Shown: positions 10,377 to 19,982, numbered from the stretch's first letter. The stretch: 64,000 bases of DNA from Desulfatiglandales bacterium (GCA_049366815.1 JBMNCO010000101.1:22783-86782), one strand, 5' to 3'. Numbers and translations: made by a program. The notes: generated by a model from the letters alone, not told the origin.

Positions 10377-11487
10377 TCACGCCCTGCCGGGACTCTATAT
10401 CCATGTACCCTTCTGCGGAAGCAAATGTCCCTATTGCGACTTTTACTCCATCACCTCCATGGCACAGGCGCCCCGATGGCTGGAGGCGCTTGACAGGGAG
10501 GCCATGCATTACAGGGATCGTTTTTCCGTCTTTGATTCCCTGTACCTCGGAGGGGGCACGCCGAGTCTTCTCGATGAAAAGGCATTGACCGCCCTGACGG
10601 AGGGACTGCTGCGCTGTTTCACCTTTACTTCCGGAGCGGAGTGGACCATTGAGTGCAATCCTGACGATATTATCCCCGGCAAGGCGGCACTTCTTCGCGA
10701 TCTTGGATTCAATCGCATCAGCCTCGGCGTACAGTCCTTTGACGACGGAGAACTCCGTCTTCTTCAGAGAAGACACACCTCCGACCAGGCCGTAAGGGCC
10801 CTTGAGGCCTTTCTCGGGCTCGGTTTCAAGAATATCGGCATCGATCTCATGTACGCCTTGCCGGGGCAGAGCGAATCTTCCTGGCTTGCAACCCTGAACA
10901 GGGCCCTTGACCTTGGCCCCACCCACATTTCCTGTTATGAACTGACCCTTGCAGAGGGCACGCCCTTTGCCGAAATGAATGAGAGCGGAGAACTCAAGAC
11001 CCCGGAACCTGAACTGCAAAGGGCCTTTTTTCTCATGAACACCGAGACCCTCGCGGGCCACGGATATATTCACTACGAGGTTTCAAACTTTGCGAGGGAC
11101 GAGGGGTCAATGTGTCGCCATAATATAAAGTACTGGAATCGTCTTCCCTATCTCGGCCTGGGACCCTCCGCCCATTCCTTTGCAGAAGGGAAACGCTGGT
11201 GGAATGTGGAATGCGTGTCCGGATATTGTGATGCCCTGTCCAATGACCGTTTGCCTGTCGAGGACTGTGAAATACTCTCTCAGGATCAGGAACACCTTGA
11301 AACTCTGGCCCTGGGGTTCCGCACAAAAGAGGGGGTTGCGGAAGGTCTCCTGCATCACCGGCTTCATGCGGGCAGGATAATCAATGATCTTCGCCGATCA
11401 GGGCTCATCCGTTGCAAAAACGGCCGAATCATTCCGACCCCTGAGGGCTTTCTTGTAGCGGACCGCCTCCCCCTGCTTTTTTGCTGA
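10369..11487 (+). CDS. hemW: radical SAM heme chaperone HemW (HemN-like, oxygen-independent coproporphyrinogen oxidase family)
   Basis: 372 aa. CxxxCxxC motif (CGSKCPYCDF). Overlaps the lepA stop by 8 nt, which is the classical lepA-hemW synteny. Confidence 0.9.
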   Translation: MNDHALPGLYIHVPFCGSKCPYCDFYSITSMAQAPRWLEALDREAMHYRDRFSVFDSLYLGGGTPSLLDEKALTALTEGLLRCFTFTSGAEWTIECNPDDIIPGKAALLRDLGFNRISLGVQSFDDGELRLLQRRHTSDQAVRALEAFLGLGFKNIGIDLMYALPGQSESSWLATLNRALDLGPTHISCYELTLAEGTPFAEMNESGELKTPEPELQRAFFLMNTETLAGHGYIHYEVSNFARDEGSMCRHNIKYWNRLPYLGLGPSAHSFAEGKRWWNVECVSGYCDALSNDRLPVEDCEILSQDQEHLETLALGFRTKEGVAEGLLHHRLHAGRIINDLRRSGLIRCKNGRIIPTPEGFLVADRLPLLFC

Positions 11488-11645
11488 TTTTCTGTGGTCT
11501 GTTTTTGTCCAGGCTTTTCTTGACATGCGCCGTGTCCCTGTGACATCAATGGGACGCTCCGTCTTGATTGGAGATCGAGGGAGGACAGAAATGGGCCACG
11601 ACGCGACATAAACCCGGTTCGACATAAAGGAGCAGGCATCCACCC

Positions 11646-12155
11646 ATGACGTCGCCGCTGGAAATGAGTCCTCCTGATGACAAAGAACTGAAGGACAGGG
11701 CCCTCACATTGATTTCCGGGCAGAATACCATGACCCTTGCCACGGCCCGGGGTGATGCACCATGGGCCGCGCCCGTCTACTATGCATCCCTCCAGTTCAT
11801 TTTTTATTTCTTTTCAGATCCCAAATCCCGACATATCTCCGAGGCCGTGGACAGCCGCCAGGCATCGGCCGCCGTCTTTGAACCGGCATCAACCTGGAAG
11901 GAAATCCGCGGTGTTCAGATGACAGGACGAATCCAGTCTCTGTCGCCCGGGCTGGAGGCCCTTCGCGCCCTTCGGGCCTACCTGAAAAAATTCCCTTTTA
12001 CGAAAGACTTTTTCGAAGCCGGCCAGCCTCTCAACCTGGGGGCCTTTTCAAAGACCTTTCGTGTCAAGTTCTATCGATATACACCCTCCTTGCTCTATTA
12101 CCTGGACAACAGCATCAAGTTTGGTTTCAGGGCTGAAATTCCTCTAAGGCATTAA
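11646..12155 (+). CDS. pyridoxamine 5'-phosphate oxidase-like FMN-binding split-barrel protein
   Basis: 169 aa. The pattern NTMTLATARGDAPWAAPVYYA is typical of the PNPOx-like family. Confidence 0.65.
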   Translation: MTSPLEMSPPDDKELKDRALTLISGQNTMTLATARGDAPWAAPVYYASLQFIFYFFSDPKSRHISEAVDSRQASAAVFEPASTWKEIRGVQMTGRIQSLSPGLEALRALRAYLKKFPFTKDFFEAGQPLNLGAFSKTFRVKFYRYTPSLLYYLDNSIKFGFRAEIPLRH

Positions 12156-12234
12156 AATGTTTCCTTCCCCCGCCCCCCTTTTGACCTCCCGCATCTTCTC
12201 CTATGGTTTACCCGGTAGGCCAATGATTTTTTTG

Positions 12235-12263
12235 TTGACACCATAGGGGGCCTCATATATCAT
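12235..12263 (+). promoter_or_regulatory. sigma70-like promoter TTGACA-N17-TATCAT with no convincing ORF downstream
   Basis: Consensus -35, 17-nt spacer, good -10. Drives hairpin copy A. Confidence 0.45.
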
Positions 12264-12292
12264 TAAAGACATAACTCTCTCTATTCAGTTGA

Positions 12293-12351
12293 GGAAACCC
12301 CTGCACCTACGATGCGACCTCCGTCCAACATCACTTTTGTAGGGGTTTTCC
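12293..12351 (+). repeat. CCCCTGC-hairpin family, copy A
   Basis: GGAAACCCCTGCA pairs with TGTAGGGGTTTTCC (13 bp, one bulge) and is followed by a U-rich tract. It lies 30 nt downstream of the promoter at 12235. Confidence 0.7.
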
Positions 12352-12604
12352 TTTGCATTCTGAATTTCCGCCAATCCATGATATACGAAAATGAATTTTC
12401 CCCTTCTCTATGAATTTAGCCCTTTCCAATAACTGTGTGGAAATCATGCACCCTTTCTGAAGTGACCAGCGGGAGGACGCCGTCTTTTTGCGATTTATCC
12501 GTGGGGGAAGCCCCCGTCGGACATTCAAAAACGGTGCGGGCCTTTTTTTGCTATACGCATGTCAATTTTTATGATATATTCGATCAGGTTCTTCACTCCT
12601 AAAA

Positions 12605-12651
12605 GGAAGCCCCTGCCCACAAAGTCGCCCCTGCCTGGTGCAGGGGTTTCC
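12605..12651 (+). repeat. CCCCTGC-hairpin family, copy B
   Basis: GGAAGCCCCTGC pairs with GCAGGGGTTTCC (12 bp). The 23-nt loop contains a second GCCCCTGCC. Followed by a U-rich tract. Extended -10 TGATATATT at 12572..12580. Confidence 0.7.
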
Positions 12652-12777
12652 TTGTTTCTCTCTGTGACCCTTCCTTTCCTCTTGAGCCCCTGAAAACAGC
12701 CTTCCTGCCGGTCGATGATTTCACGTGCGTGAAAATCCGATGAGGCCTTGTACCATCCCCATCCGCCACCCCCTTTT

Positions 12778-13125
12778 TCAGGGCCTGTCGACGACTGTTT
12801 TGATTTGACAGATCCGAATGTATAGGCCCAACGCCTGCATGGTCAGGTCCGCCAGGCGCTCGGCATAGTATCGCTGCACGTCCTCCACCATCCCGAGAAT
12901 ATCTCTTTCAATTTCCTCGCCTTCCTCTTTTGTCAATTTTGACGGCAAGCGAATCTTGTGTCCGAAAATGAACAAGGGATTATCATGGAACAGCCTGTGC
13001 GCATATTCCGAGACATGATCATGAATCGCAGGATCAACCGATTCCAATAACAGATCCATGGCCTTCAGGAATTTCTTCTGAAGGCGTTCATCCTTTCTGG
13101 GAAATCTGATTATCTTGCCGGCCAT
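12778..13125 (-). CDS. hypothetical small helical protein
   Basis: From ORF 12778..13149. The ATG at 13125 (MAGKIIRFPRK) has AAGGAGAGGG about 9 nt upstream. No recognisable domain. Sits in an ORF-poor repeat-rich stretch. Confidence 0.45.
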   Translation of the reverse strand: MAGKIIRFPRKDERLQKKFLKAMDLLLESVDPAIHDHVSEYAHRLFHDNPLFIFGHKIRLPSKLTKEEGEEIERDILGMVEDVQRYYAERLADLTMQALGLYIRICQIKTVVDRP

Positions 13126-13291
13126 AGAAAGCCCTCTCCTTTTCCCCATTGGGTTGACTCACAGGCAGGGGCAGGGGAAACCCTTTTCCCGGTGTAAAAC
13201 CGGTGTCCTGGAAAGCTTTTTTATTGAACTGCGAGAGAAATCATGTTACAGGCCACAGTGGGCAATATGGATTGCTCGAATCTTTTCAAAC

Positions 13292-13339
13292 GGGAAGCCC
13301 CTGCCCGAAAATTCGACCGTGAGCCGTGCAGGGGTTCTC
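13292..13339 (+). repeat. CCCCTGC-hairpin family, copy C
   Basis: GGGAAGCCCCTGC pairs with GCAGGGGTTCTC. The 23-nt loop resembles copy B (CC.nAAAnTCGnCC.TG....GT). Confidence 0.65.
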
Positions 13340-13674
13340 TCATCGAGGGGTTCCCCTTCACCGTCCATCATCACATATAGAGCAGGGGCTCTTAACCCCT
13401 TCCCGCTGTTCATGGTCTACGTGCCAACCCCTGCCGTGTCAAGATGAATATCGCGATATCCACCAATGCCTTCTCAACCGCCTTGGGAAACATTTCCCGC
13501 CATAGATCGGCCTCGGGATTCTCTTTTGACCCCAGGAGGGCCGAAATGTTAGGATAACCGGGGTGGGCAGGGGATATCTTCGAAGATCCCGATCCAAAAC
13601 AGATCCCGAGTCCCTCCACCCGGTCCCGGATATCCGGATGTGAAGGCAACCCAAGACACGAGGAGAGCATTGAA

Positions 13675-15855
13675 ATGACGGAAACGAGAAGAAGTTACTG
13701 CGGGTTATGCCATCCCCGCTGCGGGCTCCTCCTGGAGATCGAAGAAAACAGGGTCATCGGAGTAAAGGGAGACAAGGATCATCCCGTTACACGCGGAATG
13801 ATCTGTCCCCGCGGGCGGTTGATGGTCGAACACCTCTACCACCCGGACCGCATCAATTATCCCCTCAAACGGGCCGGTGAGCGCGGGGCCGGACAATGGC
13901 AGAGGGTGAGCTGGGACCAGGCCCTTGACGAGGTGGCGGAAAAGCTGGAGGCCCTCCGCAGGGAATACGGCGCGGAGACCCTGGCCTTCACACACGGCAC
14001 CAAGCGGACCTATCACTGGGATGAGCGCCGTTTCCACAACCTCTTCGGGACCCCCAACATTTGCGGGGCCAACAATGTCTGCATGTGCCCGAGTCAGGCC
14101 GTAGAGTATGCCACCTACGGCGGTTTTTCCTGGGGGGACATCCTTCAGACCAGGTGCCTGGTCCTGTGGGGCCAGGGGCCGTCGCAGTCCAATCCCGGCC
14201 TCTTCGGGATGATCAATACGGCCAAGAAAAACGGGGCCCGGCTCATCGTGGTGGACCCCCGCAGGATCCGGGAGGCGGATATGGCCGACCTGTGGCTGCC
14301 CATACGGCCGGGGACCGATGTCGCCCTGATGCTGGGGTGGCTGAAAATCATTATTGATGACGAACTCTATGATCGGGACTTTGTAGAGAAATGGACCGTC
14401 GGGTTCAATGAGCTCAAAGGGGCCGTGGCCGATTATACGCCTGAGCGGGTCGCGGAAATCACCTGGCTGACACCCGATCAGGTGATGGAATCCGCCCGAG
14501 CCTATGCCACCCTGCGTCCGGCCATGATCACCTGGGGTTTCGGCATCGACAAACAGGGCGTCAATGCCACGCAGGCCGCCAGGGCGCGATCAATTCTGCG
14601 CGCAGTCACCGGCAATCTGGATGTCCCGGGAGGCGAACCCCTCGGATTTTCGGATCCCATCGGCAGGATCATCTCCTTTAACCGGTTGGAACTCAATGAG
14701 GCCCTCCCTGCGGAACAGAGGGCCAAACAACTGGGTGCGGACGCCTATCCCTTTTTCGGATTTCCCGGCTGGGAACTCAATGAAGAGGCCAACCGTAAAC
14801 TTCCTCCCGACTACATGCATCCGCCCATGGCCGGACAGACCTGCGTGGCCCACGCCCGTGCGGTCTTTGACGCCATGCGTACCGGCAAGCCCTACCCGGT
14901 GAAAGCGGCCGTCTCAGTGGCGAGCAACCCTTTGCTTTCCCTTCCCGATCCCAGGAAGGTCCATGAGGCCCTCAGTTCCCTGGACCTCTACGTGGTGGGC
15001 GAGTATTATCTCACACCCTCCGCGGCACTGGCCGACTATGTATTCCCCATCTGTTCCACCGTGGAGACGACCGAACTCTGGCATGGCCCGGACTTCTGTG
15101 TGGCCTGCCCCAGGGGAATAGAGCCCCTCCATGATCGCCGCAACACCTATGATTTCTGGCGGGGTCTGGGTCTTCGCCTGGGCCAGGCCGAACACTGGCC
15201 GTGGGAGACGGTTGATGCGGTGTGGGACTATTGCCTGGCCCCGGTGGGTCTGACCTTTGAAAAACTCGTGGAACAGAACGGTCTGTTCGGCCGGCGGGCA
15301 TACAAGCGCTACGAGACCTTTGGTTTCGGAACACCCTCCGGTAAGGTCGAACTGCGTTCAAGCATCTTTGAGACCCTGGGCTGTGAGCCACTGCCCCTGT
15401 TCAGAGAGATGCCGCAAAGCCCCGCGGGTGATCCGGCCCTGTTTGAGGATTACCCCCTGGTGCTCATCACCGGAAGCCGCTTCATGCCCATGTACCATTC
15501 CGAACAGCGGCAGATCAAGTCGGCCCGGGAAAAACGGCCCGACCCCCTGGTCACCCTCCACCCGGCGACGGCTGAAAACATGGGACTGAAAGAGGGCGAC
15601 TGGACGCGTGTCATCACACCGCAGGGGCTTATCCGGATGCGTCTGCATCTTTCCGATAGGGTGGACCCCCGCATGGCTGACGCGGATCACGGCTGGTGGT
15701 TCCCGGAACGCCGGGAGGCGGAACCCGAACTGTTTGGGGTCTTCGATTCAAACGCCAATGTGCTCTGCCCGGATGGCGCGGCGTTCTGCAGCCCGGAGAT
15801 CGGCGGCTGGCCCCACACCGGACTCCTCTGCAGAATCGAGAAAGAAGGGGAATAG
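13675..15855 (+). CDS. cytoplasmic DMSO-reductase-family molybdopterin oxidoreductase (acetylene hydratase / transhydroxylase-like)
   Basis: 726 aa. N-terminal 4Fe-4S motif CGLCHPRCG...CPRG, no Tat signal, and molybdopterin-binding domain architecture. Confidence 0.88.
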   Translation: MTETRRSYCGLCHPRCGLLLEIEENRVIGVKGDKDHPVTRGMICPRGRLMVEHLYHPDRINYPLKRAGERGAGQWQRVSWDQALDEVAEKLEALRREYGAETLAFTHGTKRTYHWDERRFHNLFGTPNICGANNVCMCPSQAVEYATYGGFSWGDILQTRCLVLWGQGPSQSNPGLFGMINTAKKNGARLIVVDPRRIREADMADLWLPIRPGTDVALMLGWLKIIIDDELYDRDFVEKWTVGFNELKGAVADYTPERVAEITWLTPDQVMESARAYATLRPAMITWGFGIDKQGVNATQAARARSILRAVTGNLDVPGGEPLGFSDPIGRIISFNRLELNEALPAEQRAKQLGADAYPFFGFPGWELNEEANRKLPPDYMHPPMAGQTCVAHARAVFDAMRTGKPYPVKAAVSVASNPLLSLPDPRKVHEALSSLDLYVVGEYYLTPSAALADYVFPICSTVETTELWHGPDFCVACPRGIEPLHDRRNTYDFWRGLGLRLGQAEHWPWETVDAVWDYCLAPVGLTFEKLVEQNGLFGRRAYKRYETFGFGTPSGKVELRSSIFETLGCEPLPLFREMPQSPAGDPALFEDYPLVLITGSRFMPMYHSEQRQIKSAREKRPDPLVTLHPATAENMGLKEGDWTRVITPQGLIRMRLHLSDRVDPRMADADHGWWFPERREAEPELFGVFDSNANVLCPDGAAFCSPEIGGWPHTGLLCRIEKEGE

Positions 15856-16141
15856 GAAAACATCTCCCCGTGGAGAGGCCCAACCCGAAGGCGTGCCGGA
15901 ACGTGACGCCAAGCCGATCGGGCCTCAAGTTTTCTGCCTTTTTTGCCGATCAGCCTCTTGCAGGCCGGGCTTTACACACGGCGCCCCTCTCATCCCGAAT
16001 TGAGGCCCCATCACCGGGCAAAAGACAATCCGGTCACCCGGGGACACAGGGACGGGCAAGCCTGCCGCCCCATGCTTTCTAAAACCCCTAAGGCATGGAA
16101 AACATACAACGATAAATGCACTAAAAAGGGTATGTCAGTCG

Positions 16142-18886
16142 ATGCCTTATCCCTTTCCCTCACAAAACAGAAACGGCCCGTCAGGATCCCACATCGGGGC
16201 CGAAGGATACCCCAAGGACGCCATAAAAAGGATGGCGGTACTCTTCACGGATGTCCTCGGGTCTTCGAGTTTCTTCAGGTCGCATGGAGATATCGCGGGG
16301 CGCAGGATGCTCCGGAAACACCAGGACCTGGCCTCCCCCCCGATCCTCGAGCACGGCGGCGCGGTGGTCAAGATGCTGGGCGACTCCGTCATGGCCTATT
16401 TTCTCGACGCCCAGGAGGCCCTGAAGTCCGCCATCGAGATTCAGGAGAGATTCAGAACCCATAACCGGGGGAAAGAACCAAAAGATCAGATCCGGATCCG
16501 CCTGGGTGTTCATTTCGGCGACGGTATTGTGGAGGAAAGGGACATCTTCGGCGATGTCGTCAACACGGCCGCCAAATTTCTCCCCCTCGTGAAGGGAGAT
16601 CAGATTGTGATCTCTCAGCAGGTCAGGGACCAGGTTCAGGGCCTCCCGTCCATACGCCTCGAGCCCTTCGAGATTCCGGAGGGCACCTTCCTGCCCAAGG
16701 GGTTCACACTTTACGAGGTCCTGTGGGAGGAAGGCATCCATTTTGATCCCCTCGTCAAAACACTGGTCTATTTCAAGCCCCTCTTTAACCTGGGCAAGAC
16801 CGGATTCGCAAAGGCCTGGAACGGCCTCCTCGATGCAAAGGCCAGGTTTTGGGGTGGCGGCGTTGAGACGGAGACCCTCCTTGAGGACAGATCGGTTGTA
16901 GTGATTGTCAATGAACCCGTTTTCTCCCTGACCCTTGCCAAGAGGATCACCGAACACCTGCGGACCCATCTGGGAGAGGATGCCGCCCCCTTTCTTCCCA
17001 TCCAGATCCTCATCGATTCCGGACCCTATCTCAGGGCGGGACGGATTGACACCGGGGCATTGAGGGTCAACTGGGATGAAATCAAACCCGGCGGAGTCTA
17101 CATCTCCCCACCGGCCCATGGACTCATTAAACGCTCGGCCAACCTCTCCATAAGGCCCGAACCCGATCCAAATCGTCCCCAGGCCTTTTTCGAGATCAGC
17201 CTCCACCAGGGACAGAAACCGGGGTCCCGTCTCTTTCTCTATCAGAATGTCCTGATCCAAGGGAATTTTTCTCCCTGTTTCTATTGCGGCGACAGGAGAC
17301 ATCCCTCATCGAGCTGCCCTTCCAAAGGGTTCACGGAAATGACACACGGCCTGAGCCGGCTGGGTTACCGCCCTTTGGAGGAGATCAACAATCTTTTCCT
17401 TAATTACATCAATTCGATGAACCAGACCGGCGCGCCGGGGGGGAGGAGCGTACCCCGCGGCCCCGCCGCGGCCGATAAATCCGCACAGTGGGCGCATGAA
17501 GGCTTTTACGAGCTCAAGGCGGTCTATCAACTCCGTTTCTTCAGGACCCTTTGGGACTCTAGGGATGAGAACTGGAATCGCATCAAAGAAAGGGCAGGGG
17601 GCAGCGGCGAAGGCGGGCTTGTCTGGATCGGACAGGACTGTATCCGCGTTTCCAATATGGAACAGGCCCAGTCCATCCTTCTGGATGCCCTGAACAGAAC
17701 CCCTCAAGACTACAAGGTCTATTGCGCTCTCGCCTTTTTGAACATCGAAAAGGAAGATTACCCGCTTGCGAAACACTATCTCCAGAAGGCCCTGAACAAG
17801 ACGGAAACGACCCCACAAAAGATATTGGTTTGCTTTCTCCTTTCCCGCCTCTATGACCTCGGTCAGGATCCCGGAAGGGCGGAGGAGATGATACGAAAGA
17901 TCCGCTACCTGAACCCCTATTGCCCTGAAGCCGTTTATCAGGAAATCGTTTTTCAGTTCCGAAGGGGCAGGACGGCCCCTGCCCTTCACCACTTGATCAA
18001 GCTGATCAAGAGGAACAGGGAGTACTATCTGTACGCCCTGATCGATCCTGAACTCGCAGCCCACAGCGAAATGATACATCCGGGTCTGAAAGATCTCCTG
18101 GAGGAAACCCGTTCGGAAGCCATCGAAATCACCGGCAGGGCCAAAGAGACCCTGGAAAGAATAAAACAGTGGCTGGATGAAGAGGATAAAGACGCCCTGG
18201 AGGCCCGATCGCAATGGAAGAAGGTCGAGGAACTCTCGAGAGTGGACAGCTATTTCGGTTTTCTAGACATCATTCATTTCGGCCGAAATATTATCACCAG
18301 AGGACTCAGGGGCATCGAGGAACGCAGGGAGCAACTTTCCGCCGTGCTGGATGAACTGATTGAGCGCACGGATCAATATCTGGCCTTTGTCAAGGGATTC
18401 CAATACCCCTTTCTCACAGACACGATAAAGAGAGAACTGGTTCAGTTGCGGGCGAGGCTGAACAAGGACTGGGCCATGAGCGAACCCAAGAAGGCGGGGA
18501 GATTCAAGGAAGCCTTTGGGTTGGCCAGGGCCCTCTCAGCCGAACTGGACGAAATAGGCCCCAGGCTTGAAAGACTGGACAAGGTCCGGCGTGCCCTGCT
18601 CTTTGTCACTGGATTTTTTAAAAAGAGCCTGATATTTCAGGCCGCCAACCTTCTCGTAGCCATGATCCTATTTCCCATTATGGTCTACTATCTCAATTTC
18701 CTTGTTCCCGTCTTTTCAATTACTTCCCAAAACGTCTGGGGCTATCAGAAAGGCGTTCTCATAGTGGGTGGGGTACTGGGCCTGTTTCTGGCCATTGTGT
18801 CCACGGCAAAGAGCATGCCCGTGGAAAACGGCCTCAGGCCCGATGCTCATGCAAAATCTCATTCCATCAGTGCGGAGGCATCATGA
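16142..18886 (+). CDS. class III adenylate/guanylate cyclase domain protein with CCHC zinc knuckle, TPR region and C-terminal TM segments
   Basis: 914 aa. Cyclase motifs VLFTDVLGSS, KMLGDSVMAYF, RIRLGVHFGDG and GDVVNTAAKF. CX2CX4HX4C at 17276..17317. TPR-like helices. Hydrophobic C-terminus. Start could instead be the ATG at 16232. Confidence 0.8.
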   Translation: MPYPFPSQNRNGPSGSHIGAEGYPKDAIKRMAVLFTDVLGSSSFFRSHGDIAGRRMLRKHQDLASPPILEHGGAVVKMLGDSVMAYFLDAQEALKSAIEIQERFRTHNRGKEPKDQIRIRLGVHFGDGIVEERDIFGDVVNTAAKFLPLVKGDQIVISQQVRDQVQGLPSIRLEPFEIPEGTFLPKGFTLYEVLWEEGIHFDPLVKTLVYFKPLFNLGKTGFAKAWNGLLDAKARFWGGGVETETLLEDRSVVVIVNEPVFSLTLAKRITEHLRTHLGEDAAPFLPIQILIDSGPYLRAGRIDTGALRVNWDEIKPGGVYISPPAHGLIKRSANLSIRPEPDPNRPQAFFEISLHQGQKPGSRLFLYQNVLIQGNFSPCFYCGDRRHPSSSCPSKGFTEMTHGLSRLGYRPLEEINNLFLNYINSMNQTGAPGGRSVPRGPAAADKSAQWAHEGFYELKAVYQLRFFRTLWDSRDENWNRIKERAGGSGEGGLVWIGQDCIRVSNMEQAQSILLDALNRTPQDYKVYCALAFLNIEKEDYPLAKHYLQKALNKTETTPQKILVCFLLSRLYDLGQDPGRAEEMIRKIRYLNPYCPEAVYQEIVFQFRRGRTAPALHHLIKLIKRNREYYLYALIDPELAAHSEMIHPGLKDLLEETRSEAIEITGRAKETLERIKQWLDEEDKDALEARSQWKKVEELSRVDSYFGFLDIIHFGRNIITRGLRGIEERREQLSAVLDELIERTDQYLAFVKGFQYPFLTDTIKRELVQLRARLNKDWAMSEPKKAGRFKEAFGLARALSAELDEIGPRLERLDKVRRALLFVTGFFKKSLIFQAANLLVAMILFPIMVYYLNFLVPVFSITSQNVWGYQKGVLIVGGVLGLFLAIVSTAKSMPVENGLRPDAHAKSHSISAEAS

Positions 18887-19320
18887 TAGCGTGCTGAAAA
18901 AAGGGCGGCCCTTCCTGAAAAGACGTTGCATTTGGTCAACACATATTCGGCAACCTCTTTTCTCTTTTCCTCATCCAGGCCGTTGAAGCCATCTACAAAA
19001 CCCCGGTCATCGGTTACTTCCGACAACAAAGCCCAGATCTGTTCGGCCCCCATATCAGGTGTCAACCCGAGATCACCCACCGCCGATGCTCCCTGAAACA
19101 GATGCCCTGCCTTGACCAGCAGCTCATCAAGATCTCTCTTCAGACGCTCGACCGCTCCCCCAAAATCTACAAACGAAGAACAGCGACCGCTCAAGGGACA
19201 AAGGATCTCCTGGTCGGCCACTCTCATGCGTAGACCGATCTGGAACTCTTTCGGTTCCCTTTCGGCCTTCTGGATGATCCCAAAGATCTTCCCCATATTC
19301 CGGTTCTCCCCGATATTCAT
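18859..19320 (-). CDS. hypothetical protein
   Basis: 153-aa ORF. An alternative start at 19296 (MGKIFGII) has a GGAGAA Shine-Dalgarno. No recognised domain. The 3' end overlaps the convergent cyclase gene by 28 nt. Confidence 0.4.
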   Translation of the reverse strand: MNIGENRNMGKIFGIIQKAEREPKEFQIGLRMRVADQEILCPLSGRCSSFVDFGGAVERLKRDLDELLVKAGHLFQGASAVGDLGLTPDMGAEQIWALLSEVTDDRGFVDGFNGLDEEKRKEVAEYVLTKCNVFSGRAALFSARYHDASALME

Positions 19321-19442
19321 GCCTGTTCAAAAAATCCGGGTTTCGCCATGGACTGGGAAACCGCTCACCCGTATCGCAAAACTTGAACGGCAACATCCGC
19401 CGCCTGTCTGAATAGACTTTTCCGTCCCATGAAGGAAGGCCC

Positions 19443-19982
19443 TCATCGTGCGTCACCCTTCAAAATCATCGTCAACCCGGCAACAAGGAACACAACCCTG
19501 TCGGCCATGGCCGCAATTTTTTGGTTCAGGCGCCCGGCCATATCCCGAAAGCCTCTTCCGAGGGGGGTTTCGGGGACGATTCCCATGCCCACCTCGTTGG
19601 ACACCAGGACCACACTGCTTTGTCTGGCTTCCAGGACCTCCAATAATTCTTCCTGGTACCGAGGCACCTCATTTTCTCCCTTCTCCACCAGGACATTGCT
19701 CAGCCAGACCGTCAGGCAGTCCACCAGGACGACCTCGACATGCCGACATCTGTTTTTCAGGGCCTCGGCGATCTCGAGAGGTTCCTCAATGAGGCCCCAC
19801 TGAGGTCCGCGTGAGGCCCGGTGTTGTCTGACGCGCTCGGCCATTTCGTCGTCAAGGATCCGCGCCGTGGCGAGGAAAAGACGCGAAGGGTAGTGCGCCT
19901 CAGTGTGGCCTTGGGCCCAGGAACTCTTCCCGCTCCGGGCACCCCCCAGGACAAGGATCAGTTCATTTTTTGCGTTCATCAT
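19443..19982 (-). CDS. cobU: adenosylcobinamide kinase / adenosylcobinamide-phosphate guanylyltransferase
   Basis: 179 aa. P-loop LVLGGARSGKSSWAQ. Length and pattern are typical of CobU/CobP. Confidence 0.85.
   Translation of the reverse strand: MMNAKNELILVLGGARSGKSSWAQGHTEAHYPSRLFLATARILDDEMAERVRQHRASRGPQWGLIEEPLEIAEALKNRCRHVEVVLVDCLTVWLSNVLVEKGENEVPRYQEELLEVLEARQSSVVLVSNEVGMGIVPETPLGRGFRDMAGRLNQKIAAMADRVVFLVAGLTMILKGDAR

Noticed and set aside
12312-12413. 33-codon ORF (MRPPSNITFVGVFLCILNFRQSMIYENEFSPSL) inside hairpin copy A, possibly a type I toxin-like hydrophobic peptide.
   Set aside because: The nearest GAGGAA is 15 nt from the ATG and is sequestered in the stem. The other hairpin copies contain no equivalent ORF, so coding is unlikely to be the conserved function.
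12293-13339. Possible degenerate CRISPR array or integron attC sites formed by the CCCCTGC hairpins.
   Set aside because: Spacing between units is ~310 and ~690 nt, not 30-40 nt. The units are hairpins rather than direct repeats. No cas or intI genes are nearby. The arms lack the RYYYAAC/GTTRRRY attC core.
13410-13670. 86-aa ORF divergent from the molybdoenzyme gene.
   Set aside because: Its start is 4 nt from the molybdoenzyme start codon, leaving no promoter space. It has no Shine-Dalgarno and no recognisable domain. It overlaps repeat-rich non-coding sequence.
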